A program made the translations under genes and the position numbers. 64,000 nucleotides of DNA from Chiloscyllium plagiosum (taxonomy: Eukaryota): assembly GCF_004010195.1 (NCBI RefSeq), contig NC_057719.1, forward strand, positions 37,118,287-37,182,286, in the 5' to 3' direction. The notes beneath the pieces are model-generated. The model had not been told where the DNA came from and ran no database searches. It saw only the letters and a list, made by a program, of their open reading frames with translations. Shown in pieces: positions 1 through 13,568 of this stretch. How positions within the stretch are numbered: position 1 is the first letter of the stretch; the number at the start of each line of letters is the position of its first letter.

Positions 1-340
1 GCAGGAAACATGTTTCTGCTGATGGGTGAGTGCCGAACCAGAGGACACAGCTTAAAAGTACGGGGTAGACCATTTAGGACAGATATGAGGAGAAACTTCT
101 TCACCCAGAGAGTGGTGGCTGTGTGAATGCTCTGCCCCAGAGGGCAGTGGAGGGCCAGTCTCTGGATTCATTTAAGAAAGAGTTGGATAGAGCTCTCAAA
201 GATAGTGGAATCAAGGGTTATGGAGATAAGGCAGGAAGAGGATACTGATTAGGAATGATCAGCCATGATCATATTGAATGGTGGTGCAGGCTCGAAGGGC
301 TGAATGGCCTACTCCTGCACCTATTGTCTATTGTCTATTG
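1..340 (+). mobile_element. CR1-clade LINE 3' end (5' part lies outside the window)
   Basis: ORF2 C-terminal motif RRNFFTQRVV (aggagaaacttcttcacccagagagtggtg), 3'UTR stem gaagggctgaatggcctactcc, and a (ctattgt)n tandem tail at 321-340. Confidence 0.85.
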
Positions 341-2005
341 ATACAATGACGATATCAGAAGCATGTCTCTTCGTGGTTTATTGCGTACTAGCTGTGAGAC
401 ATAACACACAGGATGTGGATTATGTGAACTAGCCTGCACCATTAAAAAACATGCTTGAAATTCAGAATTCCCAGGAATAGGATTGTGAATCCTGGATTTA
501 GGACCACCTATCATTTTTAAAGGGCTGTGAAGTCAGCCTGACAAAGTAAATCAAGACCTTAAAAAAGCTATTTAAAGAAATACAGCAAAATGTTAATATT
601 TGAACTTACTGATTTGTTTTAAACAACAGTTGTCTAACTAATTTATTTTAACCAATGACCAATCTTTTTTTGGTAATTATAGTGTTGGCAATGTGGTTAT
701 GCTATAGCGTTAATTGTGTGGCTCCATGGCAAAGTTGTTTTGAGAACATGGCATCGAGAGAGAAAAGTTGACCTCACTACAGTTCACTAAATCAAATTAC
801 CATTCATTAGAAAGGATCAAAATATATTGTTAACAAGTTATTGAAGGTCTTAATAATGATATTACACATAAAATGCAATGAAAGGCAATCCAACATGTGA
901 CAATAAACTCTCGTGCACCCAATCAAACATTTGGGCCATAATCAGATAGACTGAAGTCACATTTTCCATCCCTGTGCATTGCTATGTTCCTATGTAAACA
1001 TTTCCTGCATATAATAACAATATAAATAAGCATAATTCTTACTGACTGGAATGCTTTTGGAATTATTAACATTCACATTGGAGTAAACAGCACTAACTAA
1101 TTCAAGCAGCACAAATCTCTTCTGACACTTAGAGGACAGTGCTAAAAATGTTAATATATAGGAAGAAACAGCAGCAGCTTGTATAAAATATTAAGAGTGA
1201 AAACAAGTTTGATAATTCCACTTTTACTAAAAGAAAGTTGAAAATCCATTCATCAAAAGAGCAAATCACAACACTAGCACTTGGTACAGATGGGAACTCT
1301 CACTCTGCTGTGTCCCCTGTCCCAGCTGTACTGCTGCAGGGAAGTGCTGAGTCCCAGATGGTGATGGAGTATCAACTCTTTAGACTTAATGCAATAATAC
1401 TTTTCAGTTTATGTTTGTTAAACCAAAGATGTAATGGCAGTAATTCAAACCTCTGCAAAACTTGTGCACTGTCACAATGGATTAGCAACTAGACAATGAT
1501 TGCTGTTCAGCCAGAACCACATGGTAACTACAGCTCAACAATGTCCTCATGTTAAAAGACTCCATGCATAGATTCTTGCCAGGAACAAACTTCATTGTTT
1601 TGAGGAACTATTACACATACAAAGACAGAAAAGTGCACTTCAAGTGTGGCCTCAAAGTCTCACATGTTTGCAAAAAGACTTTCTTATTGTTATATTGCAA
1701 CACCCTTGCAGCAAAGATTAATATAGTACTTGTCCTCCAAATTGTTTTGCTATATTTGTGTACAAGGACATGACTCAACATTTGTGATACTCAACATTTA
1801 CTGGTCTCACAATTTAGAAAAAAATTATTCTGGTTTCCATCCTTCTTAAATAAGGGAAAATTGTTACATTATACTCCATATGCCACCTTATATAAACAGT
1901 CAATATCCCGTTGCAGTTTACTTACATCTCCTGCAGCTTAATCTTTCATCTAATTTTGTATCATCAGCAAAATTTAATATATTATGCTAAGTTTACTCAG
2001 CCAAG

Positions 2006-2224
2006 TGTTGTAGCATTTGTAGAGAGAAATCAGAGTTAATGTTTCGTGTTGAGTGACTGTTCCTCAGAACTCAAAACCCAGAGCCCAGTTCTGAGGAAGG
2101 GTCACTCGACCTGAAAAGTTAACTCTGATTTCTCTCTGTAGGTGCTGCTAGATCTGCTGAGCTTGTCCAGCAATTTCTATTTTTGTCTCTGATTTACAAC
2201 ATCTGCAGTTCTTTTTGGCTTTTA
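2006..2224 (+). mobile_element. Fold-back PLE-derived mini-element with hammerhead motif
   Basis: Imperfect inverted arms at ~2021-2071 and 2087-2138. Core ctgagga-agggtcactcgacct-gaaa at 2091-2116. Decayed TSD tttactcagccaag (1992-2005) / ttcactcagctaag (2225-2238). Confidence 0.7.
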
Positions 2225-3736
2225 TTCACTCAGCTAAGCCATTGTTGTCGATTTGCAAATACCTACACTTCCACTATTGATCGCTGTTGTACTCTCCTAG
2301 TTAAACCACACCATCATAAAATGTCCTGATTATTCATACTCTCTCCATTTTGTCCACTAATCAATCTCCAATCCATTCTCACATCTTTGCAAGCCTTTGC
2401 ACCTTAACTATGATTCAACAAAATACCACACAGCACTGGCTTAATAACCTTCAAGCTGAGTTGTTATTTTTGCTTCTGTTAAAGATACTTATATACATTA
2501 AAATTAGAAAAGTTACTCAAATATTCATTGGACATTTGTAACCAAATCAATCCTTGATATTTTATATAATGTAACAGCTTAACTACTCTCCCAACATGAG
2601 GCTCAAAGCAGAGTCATCAGTAGATAATATTTACATTTTCGCTAGCTACAAGATCAGGGTCTAAGGAATACTGCTGGCCATTCACTATAATATCAGCTGC
2701 CCAAAACCTTTTGGGGATTTTGAACAGGAATTTGCTTGTATCAGGCATGTGATCCAGTGCTGCATTCTCTACAAGGCAATTGGGCTGGAGAAAATTACAG
2801 AAACAGAGAGAAGTAAGGCCACTGATTTATTTGAAAAGAGTATGAGAATAAATTAAGATGTTGCTTGACTGGAGCACAGAAATAATAGAAAAATTTGACT
2901 TGCAGGTGGTCAAGAGATGAGCAGCAAGATTTTAGATGAAGGCTATTGACCTAGTGTGGGAAAGTGGGACCAGAATATGTCGTAGAATATTTTTGGTGGT
3001 ACATACCCAATATACAGAAGGGCCTCTTCTGTATTGTATGATTTTATGAATTCAGGGATACGCTAGAATATTTGAGTATGAGTGTAACAATTCACAGTAT
3101 AAAGACAACAAAGTCAGAACGAGAATTTCAGTTGCAGACAAACTGAAGGGACGAGGCTGAATTCAGGCGATATTGCGGAAGTCGAAATAGGCACAAATAC
3201 AAGGTCAGGAGTTCAAATCACGGTCAAGACTGACATCTTGAGAAGCTTAATCTCAGACTAGTGCCAGAGGAAAAGAAAAACAAAATACCACAGACGCAGA
3301 AAATTGAACTATAAACAGAAAATATTGGAAATGCTCAGCAGGTCAGCATTAACTCTTTTCCTCTCTACCTATGCTCCTAGACCTGCCAAGTGCTTCCAGC
3401 AATTTCCTAGTACTACCTTAGACTCTTAGTAATACTTATCCTCCGAGTAATACTCCCGCAATACCTTAGTACTGCCTTCTGTTTACTTATGAATAGTAAG
3501 TCATATTCAATGAATGATCTATCAGTAGGGAAATATTCATCTAACAGTGATTCAGTATATTATTAAATAGAATTAATGTTAGCTTCTAAATGTTCATCAG
3601 GCTAATTTTAATGAGTCAGAACAGAAACTGACAGCAGCAAAACTGTTGCCAGATACAAGGACAGATTAATATGTTCAACACAAACACTAGCTTAAGACTA
3701 GGTCAATATGTACCCAGAAAGAGAAAGAACTATTCT

Positions 3737-4058
3737 GGGCGACACGGTGGCTCAGTGGTTAGCACTGCTGCCTCACAGCTCCAGGGACCTGGGTTCGATT
3801 CTAGCCTCAGGTAACTGTCTGTGTGGAGTTTGCACATTCTCCCAGTGTCTGCATGGGTTTCCTCCCACAATCCAAAGATGTGCAGGTTGGTGAATTGGCC
3901 ATGACAGTATTCAAGGATATGTAGGTTAGGTGCATTAGTTAGGGGAGGTGTAGGATAACAGGGTAGAGGCAAGCATCTGGATGGGTTACTCTTTGGAGGG
4001 TCGATATGGCCTTGTTGGGCCGAAGGGCCAGTTTCCACACTGTAGGGATTCTTTGATT
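3737..4058 (+). mobile_element. HE1-type tRNA-derived V-SINE
   Basis: A box tggctcagtgg, B box ggttcgattc, V-domain ctgtgtggagtttgcacattctccc, LINE-like tail gggccgaagggccagtttccacactgtagggattct. Confidence 0.9.
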
Positions 4059-5109
4059 CTATTCTGATGAAGTAAAACAGCCATGGGTGAGGTGAGAGAT
4101 CACATAAATCCTCAGGAAATAATTTGAGTGCAAGGGATTATATAGATTCCGAGGAATAGCAGAAATATAAAGAAAAGCAAAGGAAAAATTAAAACAAAAT
4201 CTTACAGCCCACATAATGTGATGATGCAAAATTATATGCCATTGGTAGTGGTGGTGCACCTGTCTACTGACTCCTGGAAACTTAATGAATGAATGGTCAC
4301 TTAACAGCCACATTCCATTTCTGCTGAGACATTTCCCATGGGCTTGAGCTGGTTACCAGGCAGAGGAGGGTACTGATACTTTCATTCCAGAAGCAATACA
4401 GTAAAGACAACTAGTAATTTCTTTAAAGTGTCTGTCTGTGGAATTGTATTTCTATTTAAGAACATTTGAAATAACTCAGAAAGTTTACATAAAGGGATCA
4501 AGTGTACCTTTCTTGGATAATAGTAGTCTGTGTGACCTGGTGATACTTCACCTGGAAACACTACAAAATCGAATGATGCTAAGTAAAAAGCTGTGTAGTG
4601 AGCAGAAACAAAGGAGAGCCACAAACAGAGGAGCTGGACAATGAGGGAGGCCAGAACACTGATGCAAGCGTAAAAAGAAAACACGTAGGAGCAGACAGAA
4701 GAACATAGAACTCTTGTGAGAAGAAACAAATCACCCTCAAAAAGCATCTAAGTGAGCTTTCTCTTTGGCAGAAAAGGAAAAGGGGGCTCTAAGAAGTACT
4801 GAGCAAACTGGCTAAAATTATATTACATCTGGAAAGCTATGAGAGTATCTTGAAGATGCTAAGACCACAAACTGGTGTATTATTGATTGGGCACTTGAAA
4901 AACAACTGTGGAAAGCTACACAATCAGGAATATTGTGATGTGAGGGACAGTTGGTTCATAAATGTATGCCTTGTTGATATCGATTGTACCCATTAAATTC
5001 AAAATGAAATCTGTTGTTGGATAGTAGCAAGATGTGGAACATAATGTTTGACAAAAAAAGCTTAATGAATTTCTGGTTGAAGATAGGAGACTTCTAGAGT
5101 AGGTTGAAT

Positions 5110-5880
5110 TCAAAAGACAAACAGATGAGCCACTATCTTATTGAATGATGAAACATGCTCAAGGGACTAAATGGTATATTTTTGTTCCTATTTCGTATGT
5201 TCATATGACGTCCCTCTAGGATCTGAGCTGGGCCATCAGCTATTCACTATATTTATGAAAAATCTATATATCTCCAAAATAATATGATGATTGATAGCAT
5301 AGCATGACAAGTAGGCAGGAACAAAAATGTATAAAGAGACATTAATGCATTTAATGAGTGGGCAAAACTGTGGCAAATGGACTTCAACACAGGCATTTTG
5401 GACCTCGCAAAATCAATCCAAGTATTTTTTAAATTCTGAAAAATAAGATTTAGAGAGGTCCAAAGGGTGGATCATTTATCCAGATATCAGAAATGTAGTG
5501 GCTAGGTGCAAAACAAATCAAAAAGACTTTTGGAATGTTAGCCTTTAGAGCAAAGAAGTAGGATATAAAGAGGAAGAACATTTGTTGCAATTAAACCCTG
5601 ATTAGACAACATCCAGACCACTGTGCACAGTTCCATACTACTCTTTATAAAGTATATTTAGCCTTAGAAAAGCAGCAATGCAGATTTTCCAGGATATCCC
5701 CAGGGATCCAAAGGTTGAACTATGAGGACAGACTACATATACTAGACTTGTATTCCTTAGAATGGAACTATAGAAAGGAACAATGTGATTTGATCAAAGT
5801 GTTTAAGAGTTCGAAAGGATTTGAATGGAGAAACTGCTTACACTGGCAGGAAAACTTAGAGCAAGGCAATATAACTTCAT
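5110..5880 (+). mobile_element. Old, degraded CR1 ORF2 fragments
   Basis: Motifs gagtgggcaaaactgtggcaaatggacttcaac (EWAKLWQMDFN) and NYEDRLHILDLYSLE...DLIKVFK (ORF 5715). Confidence 0.75.
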
Positions 5881-6769
5881 GTAAGGGCTGTAGACATGCA
5901 GACCTCTCACACAAACAACAATAGCCAGAAGTAATGTTATTGAAGTTAGTATTAATAGAGTTATACTGGCCAAGATCATTATTAGATATGGATGGAGCTA
6001 GCGTACCAATTTATCCAGATTTCACAGCATCATGTAAATCGATCAAGGGTTTAGTGGCTTGTTCCTGTTCCTGCAACCAACACATTGGCAACAAGCCACT
6101 TGCAGGAAGTGGGAGTCCAAAGATAGATAACTGAATTTTTGATTAGTAAATAAACACATTAGGCATGTGACCTCAATCCTAGCAATCATACGGTGTGGGA
6201 ATATGATAAATGATGTGAAAAAGAAGCATCTCTTTATGTTAGTCAACAGTCTCAGCAATCATTCTGATGAGGTTCCAGAACTGTTGTGGCTGCTGGATAA
6301 AAAAACCTGGCAGCTGCACCAAGACATACCATTTCTGCTAAACATTTTCCAGAATTCTAGAGCTTGGTGTAAGAGAAGGACATCAGGTTATCTCAATAAT
6401 TTGTGGTAGATGTTTGGTAAATCAGTATAGATGTCAAGGACTTATCTTGTGTCTAAGATGTTTTCTAATAAAATTAGTATGTTTGTCTAAAACTGTTATG
6501 CTTCCACTGCATTCCAGTCAAACAGTGATATCTGTTGAATAACATGTACCCACTCCACCACTCTGCTGTAGTCAATGCTGACAGCTCTATGTCCCAGTTT
6601 TAGATATATATAACAGGTTAGTAGATAATTTTACCACAAAGTGATTCCAGGCATGATAAATGGAGATATGGAATTTGAACAAATGCCAGTATTTTTTAAT
6701 CAGTTGGCTCATATATCATTTCTGAGAGTCAGATTTTTTTTTAAGATGAAGACCTGCAATCTTTGAACT

Positions 6770-6900
6770 TTTTTTTATTCATTCTTGAGACACAGGCATC
6801 ACTGACTGGGCCAGCATTTATTGCCCATCCCCAGTTGTCATTGACAAGGTGATGGTGAGCTGCATTCTTGAACTGCTGCAATCCATTTGTTATAGGGTCG
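6770..6900 (-). mobile_element. 3' tail of a LINE/SINE family ending gggcaataaatgctggcc...
   Basis: The same tail recurs at ~22890, ~26040, 35520, 40850, 45935 and 56400. Confidence 0.6.
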
Positions 6901-7012
6901 TATTCACTGCTGCTGGGTATCTAGTGACTACAAGTGTTTTCAGTATTTTGCAAATATTTCAGAAGTTTGAGCAAAGGAAGGAAAATGTTAAGGTAGGTTG
7001 AAAGACAAGCCA

Positions 7013-7217
7013 GAAAAATGTGTTGCTGGAAAAGTGCAGCAGGTCAGGCAGCATCCAAGGAGCAGGAGAATCGACATTTCGGGCATAAGCCCTGAAGAAG
7101 GGCTTATGCCCGAAACGTCGATTCTTCTGCTCCTTGGATGCTGCCTGACCTGCTGCGCTTTACCAGCAACACATTTTTCAGCTCTGATCTCCAGCATCTG
7201 CAGTCCTCACTTTCTCC
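7013..7217 (+). mobile_element. Young palindromic PLE-derived mini-element, 14-bp TSD
   Basis: TSD tgaaagacaagcca at 6999-7012 and 7218-7231. Near-perfect inverted arms ~7013-7092 and 7100-7179. Hammerhead core at the centre. Confidence 0.85.
7092..7124 (+). ncRNA. Minimal type-I hammerhead ribozyme core
   Basis: CUGAAGA-A-GGGC(UUAU)GCCC-GAAA-CG-UC with predicted cleavage after 7119. The 5' strand of helix I is largely replaced by the inverted arm. Confidence 0.65.
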
Positions 7218-8074
7218 TGAAAGACAAGCCACAAAAACTCAAAGTAAATGGATGACTAACACTGTTAAAAATGCAGTGACTTAATTAGAAAAGCTGCCAG
7301 GAAATTGCAAGCCAAACGTGAGCGATGTCACAGTCTCCCTTATCAGTTTTGTGAGAGGGAAACTAAATTCACACTATGTTGAATGATGTTGGTACTAAGG
7401 AATAAAGTTTCTGGACATACAATTAAGATATACAATTAAGAGGTATTTTCCCCATTTTAGGCACTCAAATCAATATTAAAGCTCCAAGACTAGGTTCAGC
7501 TCAGCCACACTCCCTCCTAATCTGTACCAGCAAAATGATTTCTTACTTCGAAAAGGCATCTTATATGAAACAGGTGCAACATTTTTCACTTCCCCAGCCA
7601 GTTGTTATCTTTTGGCCTTACTGAGTGAGATTGCCAATTAGTGCTAAATCTAGAGCACACTGAGCTAAGACAAATGCCCACCAGAATGTGGATAAGGACC
7701 ATCCAAAGCCATTTCAGATTTGACACTTAGTATCATCAGAAAGCTGACACTTCCATTCCATCACTCTGGGAAGGACTTGGAATTAGCTTCCAGGAAGTGT
7801 TCTCACAAATTGTAAACTGTTGCTAAGATCATACATAACCTCCAGCAAAATTTGTTTTAGTTTTAAAATGGTGAATAGCTGCATCAATAACTGATAATAT
7901 TCCAAAGCAAATACAATAATCCCAAGTTAACAAAATACTGAAAGAAGGCCAGAATTTGACTAGCTTCGGTATGGGGTACACCACTAGCATTAACCTAATT
8001 GACCCCCTATGCATTTCTAGCATTTGCACATAACTTTTATCTTATTCAAAGCATTTCCATTCTTTGTGCTTCGT

Positions 8075-9030
8075 TGTCTCCAGTCAGATCCACTCCAACA
8101 ACGCCAACTTTCATACCAGAAATTTCAACATGTCCTCCTTTCTCTTCAACTTACTGTTCAACCTCACTGTGATTGACAAGGGATTCAAATGTGTGACCCT
8201 ACTTCCTGTATTTTGATCTCATCCCTTTCTTTCCCTCTCAGAACCATGACAGGGTTCAAACTGTCTTCAACTCCCACTTCACCAGACTTCACATTCAACA
8301 GATTTGTCATTTCTGATACTTTTAGCACAAAGCCTCCAAATACAACTACCCATTCCTTCCCAGAATTCTTCCCACACCTTCCCTTCCTTTTTTCTATTTT
8401 CCTTAGACAGTCCAACGTCCCAAACACACCCTCAGGGTGAAAGAGTTGATTTACTTCTTTGAATTTAATTGTTGCCACTCACAATATAGACCAAAAACAG
8501 ATGATCTGACTTCTATAAAAACTGGAGTTCATCTCACAAGCATGATCCCTCAGTCAGTCACCTGCCATTGTAATACTCCATCCCATTCCCAACTTGACCT
8601 CTGACTTCAGCCTCTAAAGCTCTTCTAATGATGTTCACCTCAAGCTCATGGAAGATACTCTGTCTCTCCATTAGTCAATTTACAGCCTTCCGGAGTCAAC
8701 ATTAGAGTATAATCATTGTTCTTATTTCCCCGAAAGCAGATGTTGATAAAAAGTTCTGTTTTACATCTCTTAGACCCATCTTTTGGTTTTTAACTTAACC
8801 ATTGCCAACCTCTTTTACCTTACACTTTAATCCCTGCTCTAATTTAATCACTGGACTAGCAATGTTTAGCAATATCCATTCTATCACAGCCCTTTCTGAT
8901 ACCTTAGGCACCCACTTACCTCCTTTCACTCTTTGCCTGTTAAGTTTTCTGACCAGTTCTACTTCTGATGGAAGGTCATTGGCCTGACACCATAATGGTT
9001 TCTCTTCCCAGAGACATGAGCTGACTTGAA
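8075..9030 (+). mobile_element. Highly decayed Penelope-like element 3' portion
   Basis: Pyrimidine-rich sequence resembling the better-preserved copy at 32465-33512, ending in a decayed hammerhead-like segment (ctgatggaaggtcattggcctga, ~8964). Confidence 0.55.
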
Positions 9031-9171
9031 AAGAAAGCTAACTAAGATGCACAAAGGCATCCCACACAGATACAAATGTGTCTTTGAGACCATGAATGAC
9101 AGTGGTTACCTGATGGTCATTTGTCCAACTTTTTATTACAGTATTTTTAAAAAAAAATTGAATTAACATTT

Positions 9172-9355
9172 CAAAAATGTGCAGGTTAGGCGGATTGGCC
9201 ATGCTAAATTGTCCATAGTGTCCACAAGTTTGCAAGCTAGGTGAATCAGGGATGGGAAATGCAGGGTTACAAGGACAGGGGTGGGGGTGAGGATACTCTT
9301 TGGTAGGGCAACATGGACTTGACAAGCTGAATGGCATGCTTCTATTATGCTGTGA
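9172..9355 (+). mobile_element. 5'-truncated HE1-type SINE
   Basis: gtgcaggttaggcggattggccatgctaaattgtccatagtg matches the full copies at 11551 and 40339. Confidence 0.75.
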
Positions 9356-9579
9356 TCCATCATAATGGGATTCAACCCCATGTTTAAACATTGCTAGTCC
9401 AGTGACATTACCACTAAACCACCACCTCTCCTTATCTGCAGCTGGGGATATTTCGCTTTAATTCTCTTGGACATTTACTTTTTCATGATTGTGGCAAGAG
9501 ACAGTGGTAATGGGATGAGAGGCTCAAAGGTTTCTAGCAAAGTCCAGATTAAGTTTTGTCTAATTTTTAATGAGAACAC

Positions 9580-11105
9580 ATACTATCCCAGGTAACTGAG
9601 GGAAGAAAGAGAGGAAACAGCTGGGGCCTTAATAGATACCTTTGCAGCATCTTTGAACATGAGTGAGGTCCTGGAGGACTGGAGAATCGCTAATGTTGCC
9701 CCCTTGTTTAAGAAGGGTAACAGAGATAATCCAGGTAATTATAGAAGACTGAGCCTCTCGTCAGTGGTGGGGAAGCTGCTGGAGAAGATACTGAGGGATA
9801 GGATCTATTTACATTTGGAAGAAAATGGGCTTATCAGTGATAGGCAGCATGGTTTTGCGCAGGGAGGGTCAGGTTTTACCAACAATAGAATTCTTTGAGG
9901 AAGTGACAAAGTTGATTGATGAGGGAAGGGCTGTAAAAGTAATTTCCATGGATTTCAGTAAGGTGTTTGATAAGGTTCCGCATGGTAGGCTGATGGAGAA
10001 AGTGAAGTTGCATGGGGTCCAGGGTGTACTCGCCAGATGGATAGAGAACTGGCTGGGCAGCAGGAGACAGAGAGTAATAGTGGGAGGGAGTTTCTCAAAA
10101 TGAAGAACTGTGACCAGAGGTGTTCCACAGGGATCCGTGCTGGGACCACTGGTGTTTGTGATATACATAAATGGAAGCTATAGGTGGTCTGATTAGCAAG
10201 TTTGCAGATGATATTAAGATTGGTGGAGTAGCAGATAGTGAAGGGGATTGTCAGAGAATACAGCAGAATATAGATAGATTGGGGAGTTGGGCGGAAAACT
10301 GGCAATGGAGTTCAATCCAGGCAAATGCGAGATGATATATTTTGGAAGATCCAATTCAAGAGTGAACTACATGATAAATGGAAAATCCCTGGGGAAAATT
10401 GATGTACAGAGAGATCTGGGTGTTCAGATCCATTATACCCTAAAGGTGGCAACGCAGGTCGATAGAGTGGTCAAGAAGGCATTGGCATGCTTTCCTTCAT
10501 CAGATGGGGTATTGAGTCCAAGAGTTAGCAGTTGTACAGGACTTTGGTTCAGCTATATTTGGAATACTGCATACAGCTCTGGTCGCCACATTACCAAAAG
10601 GATGTGGATGCTTTGGAGAGGGTGCAGAGGAGGTTCACCAGGATGTTGTCTGTTTTGGAGAGCACTAGCTATGAAGAGAGGTTGAGTAAATTAGGATTAT
10701 TTTCATTAGAAAGACAGAGGTTGAGGAGGGACCTGATTGAGGTCTTCAAAACCATGAGAGGTATAGACAGGGTGGATAGCAAAAAGCTTTTTTACCCCAG
10801 AGAAGGGGACTCAATTACTAAGGGGTCATGAGTTCAAGGTGAGAGGAGAAAAGTTTAAGGGACATATGCATGGAAAGTTCTTTACGTCGAGGGTAGTGGG
10901 TGCCTGGAACACGTTGCCAGTGGAAGTGGTAGAGTGGGCACGATAGTATCACTCAAGATGCATCTAGACAGATATATAAATGGGCAAAGAGCAGAGGGAT
11001 ATAGATCCTTGGAAAATAGGCGACAGGTTTAGATAGAGGATCTGGATCAGCACAGGCTTGGAGGGCTGAAAGGCCTGTTCCTGTGCTGTAATTTTCTTTG
11101 TTCTT
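9580..11105 (+). mobile_element. CR1/HER1-like LINE, 5'-truncated, frameshifted RT pseudo-ORF
   Basis: DWRIANVAPLFKKG..NPGNYR..SLSSVVGKLLE, MDFSKVFDKVPHG, GVPQGSVLGP, SKFADD (agcaagtttgcagatgat), ERVQRRFTRM, GLFSLE. Tail ctttgttcttt. Confidence 0.95.
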
Positions 11106-11550
11106 TATTAACTTGTTTGATTGCACAGTCACTTCAGAGCACAGTCACCTCAGAGCAGCTTCAAAGCTTATTTCTGAATGCTTTTTAGTTTGTTCACATT
11201 CTCTTTGGCAAGTTCAGTTTTCCAGACCAGAGCTGCATATTCACCAATGGATCTTAAGTAATTTAAACACAGTGGTGAGTAGGTCAGTTTGAGACATATT
11301 GTGGTGTACATAAGATATTAAATCTTCCACCTTTTCTTTTAAGCATTTCAATTACTTGTAATATTATTTGAGACTTTGAATGCAAATTCTTAATAATTGA
11401 ATGCTTGTTGAATAATCACAGCATCAAAGATTAGTCATTCGAATTGCCCAAGAAATTTCTGGAATGGTTATATGACCGACAAACATTTTAAAATACTCAG
11501 AATTTACAGTATTAAAAACTGCATATTCACCTCAAGCCGTCTTTACAAAA

Positions 11551-11911
11551 GGGGCAGCACAGTGGCTCAGTGGTTAGCACTGCTTCCTAACAGTGCCAGA
11601 GAACCCGGGTTTGATTCCAGCTTTGGGCGATTGTTTGTGTGGAATTTACACATTCTCCCAGTGTCTGTGTGGGTTTCCTCCAGGTGCTCCGGTTTCCTCC
11701 CACAATCCAAAGATGTGTTGGTTAGGTGAATTGGCTGGGCTAAATTGCCCGTTATGTTCAGAGATGTGTAGGTTAGGTGCATTAGTCAAGGGTAAATGTA
11801 GAGTAATAGGGTAGAGAATGGGTCTAGATAGGTTACCCTTTGGAGGGTCAGTATGGACTTGTTGGGCCAAATGGCCTGTTTCTACACTGTAGCGATTCTA
11901 TGATCTATGAT
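11551..11911 (+). mobile_element. HE1-type V-SINE, full length
   Basis: tRNA-like head, V-domain and (tctatga)n tail. Confidence 0.9.
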
Positions 11912-11934
11912 TATACTTCACTTGAGGATTTTGA

Positions 11935-12290
11935 CATCCTTCTTCATTTTACTCTATCAGCATAAACCACTATCCCTTTCACCCTGACTGGTTTATCTAA
12001 CTTCCCCTTAGATGCATCTAATCTATTCACCTCAGTTTCTTCCACTGACGGTGAGTTCTAGATTCTCATCACCCTCTGGTCAAAAGAAGTTCCTTCTTAA
12101 GTTGCTATATGACTTCTTAGTGACAATCTTGTACAGATAACTTCTAGCTTTGCTCTTCCCCACAAGTGGAAACAGGACATTTGTGTCTACCCTATCAAAC
12201 CCTTTCATAATTGAAAAACCTCAATTAGCTTACTCTCAGTTTTCTCTCTTCAAGAGAAATGAGAGATTGCACTTGTTCCTCTTTTCCCAA
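11935..12290 (-). mobile_element. Old CR1 3' fragment
   Basis: The reverse strand reads aggaacttcttttgaccagagggtgatgagaatc (RNFF.QRV motif) and ttttcaattatgaaagggtttgatagggtagac. Confidence 0.7.
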
Positions 12291-12350
12291 TGCATGTTAC
12301 TGACAGATCTGAAAATGGCAATTTAAAGGAAAATTACATTTGCAACAAGT

Positions 12351-12450
12351 CATCCTGAAGAAGGGCCCTGCCCGAAACCTCAACTCTCTTGTTCCTCGGA
12401 TGCTATCTGACCTGCTGTGCTTTTTCCAGCACCACAGTTTATCCACTCTT
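12351..12450 (+). mobile_element. Truncated PLE pLTR fragment starting at a hammerhead core
   Basis: ctgaaga-agggccctgccc-gaaacctc followed by the ctgacctgctgtgctttttccagc tail shared with the 7013 family. Confidence 0.7.
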
Positions 12451-13568
12451 AATGAACTTGATGTCAATATATGACCAACGGGTTGCAACCAACCATGTTT
12501 CCTGACTCCTGAATGGCTGTGGGGATCAGAGACTACGTATAAAAGTGCAGCCCCATTTGTCTTCCTTTTGGTCCTCCTGACAGGGATTACTCAATGTCAA
12601 GAGCTGAAAATTCAGCCCACGTGTTCTGATCTTCCAGCAATCAATTTCATCCAAGATTTTCTGTTAAACTGATTAGAATACAGCACAGTGAGCTGAGCAA
12701 CAACTCAGAAATTGCACTAAGTCCAATGGACATCAAAGTTGCCAAGGGCAGAAAGAAAAAATAATTAACATTTCATAGGTTGTGTTCCTTTATCTTTAAG
12801 TGTTTTTAATTTTGGAGATTAGCACCTTTTTGAATTGTTTATTTAATAATTGCCCCTAAAACTCTTTGTGACTCCTACCCATACTTAATTACGGACCTCA
12901 ATATCAACAAGTTCAATAAATAGAGGCCTTGAATTTGCTTAAAACCTGTCTCACAACTTCATTTGGCACTGAAGACTTTCCTTTGTCTGTAGTGAAAATG
13001 AGAGAAATAAGATGATGATGAATATATGATTATATTCAATAGTTAACTTTGATAAAAGCAACATATTTATTGAATGGAGTTCTTTTTTTTTACTGATTTC
13101 AACTGCTCCACAACTATTTTGTAATGTTCCAAGTACCTGAGGTGATCATAATAATAACTTGATAGCAGTGATGAATTTAATGAGGACCAAAATCATGATA
13201 CTGCAAAATGACTGCAAAAGACACCCATGCCATAACTTCTTGCGACATGTGCAAAACAATAATCTAATGACATAATTGTGTCATGAATGCAGCATAACTC
13301 TTCAGCTTGTTCCAACGCATCATAATCACTACAATAAGGGACTCAGCAACATAAAAACTGTACTCTGTGGCATTTCAGCAGAGTGTGGAGTGAGGATTCA
13401 GATCTTGTATAATTGCAGTGACTTTGTTCTAAGGAACAGTATTTTTATATCTATCAGATACTTCGGAAAGTAAAGGGCGACAGACAAGAGGTTCTGTGAT
13501 TCAAATAGTCCTGAAAGATTTCTTTTTCCATTTCCTCATGGTGTGCTTCAGAAACTCTGTCTTCTTAA

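Noticed and set aside
1238..1492. 84-aa ORF in unique-looking sequence
   Set aside because: Non-ATG start, no convincing splice pair and no recognisable motif.
3737..3810. tRNA gene-like A/B boxes (also 11551, 40339, 57770, 62727)
   Set aside because: They are SINE heads that run directly into the V-domain, not stand-alone tRNAs.
7013..7217. Classification of the hairpins as DNA-transposon MITEs or pre-miRNAs
   Set aside because: Variable 12-16 bp TSDs, asymmetric tails, single-arm relatives and homology to PLE pLTRs favour a retrotransposon origin. There is no evidence here for miRNA processing.
6988..7255. Near-identical ORFs on both strands (also 46824-47330)
   Set aside because: A consequence of the palindromic repeat, not coding.
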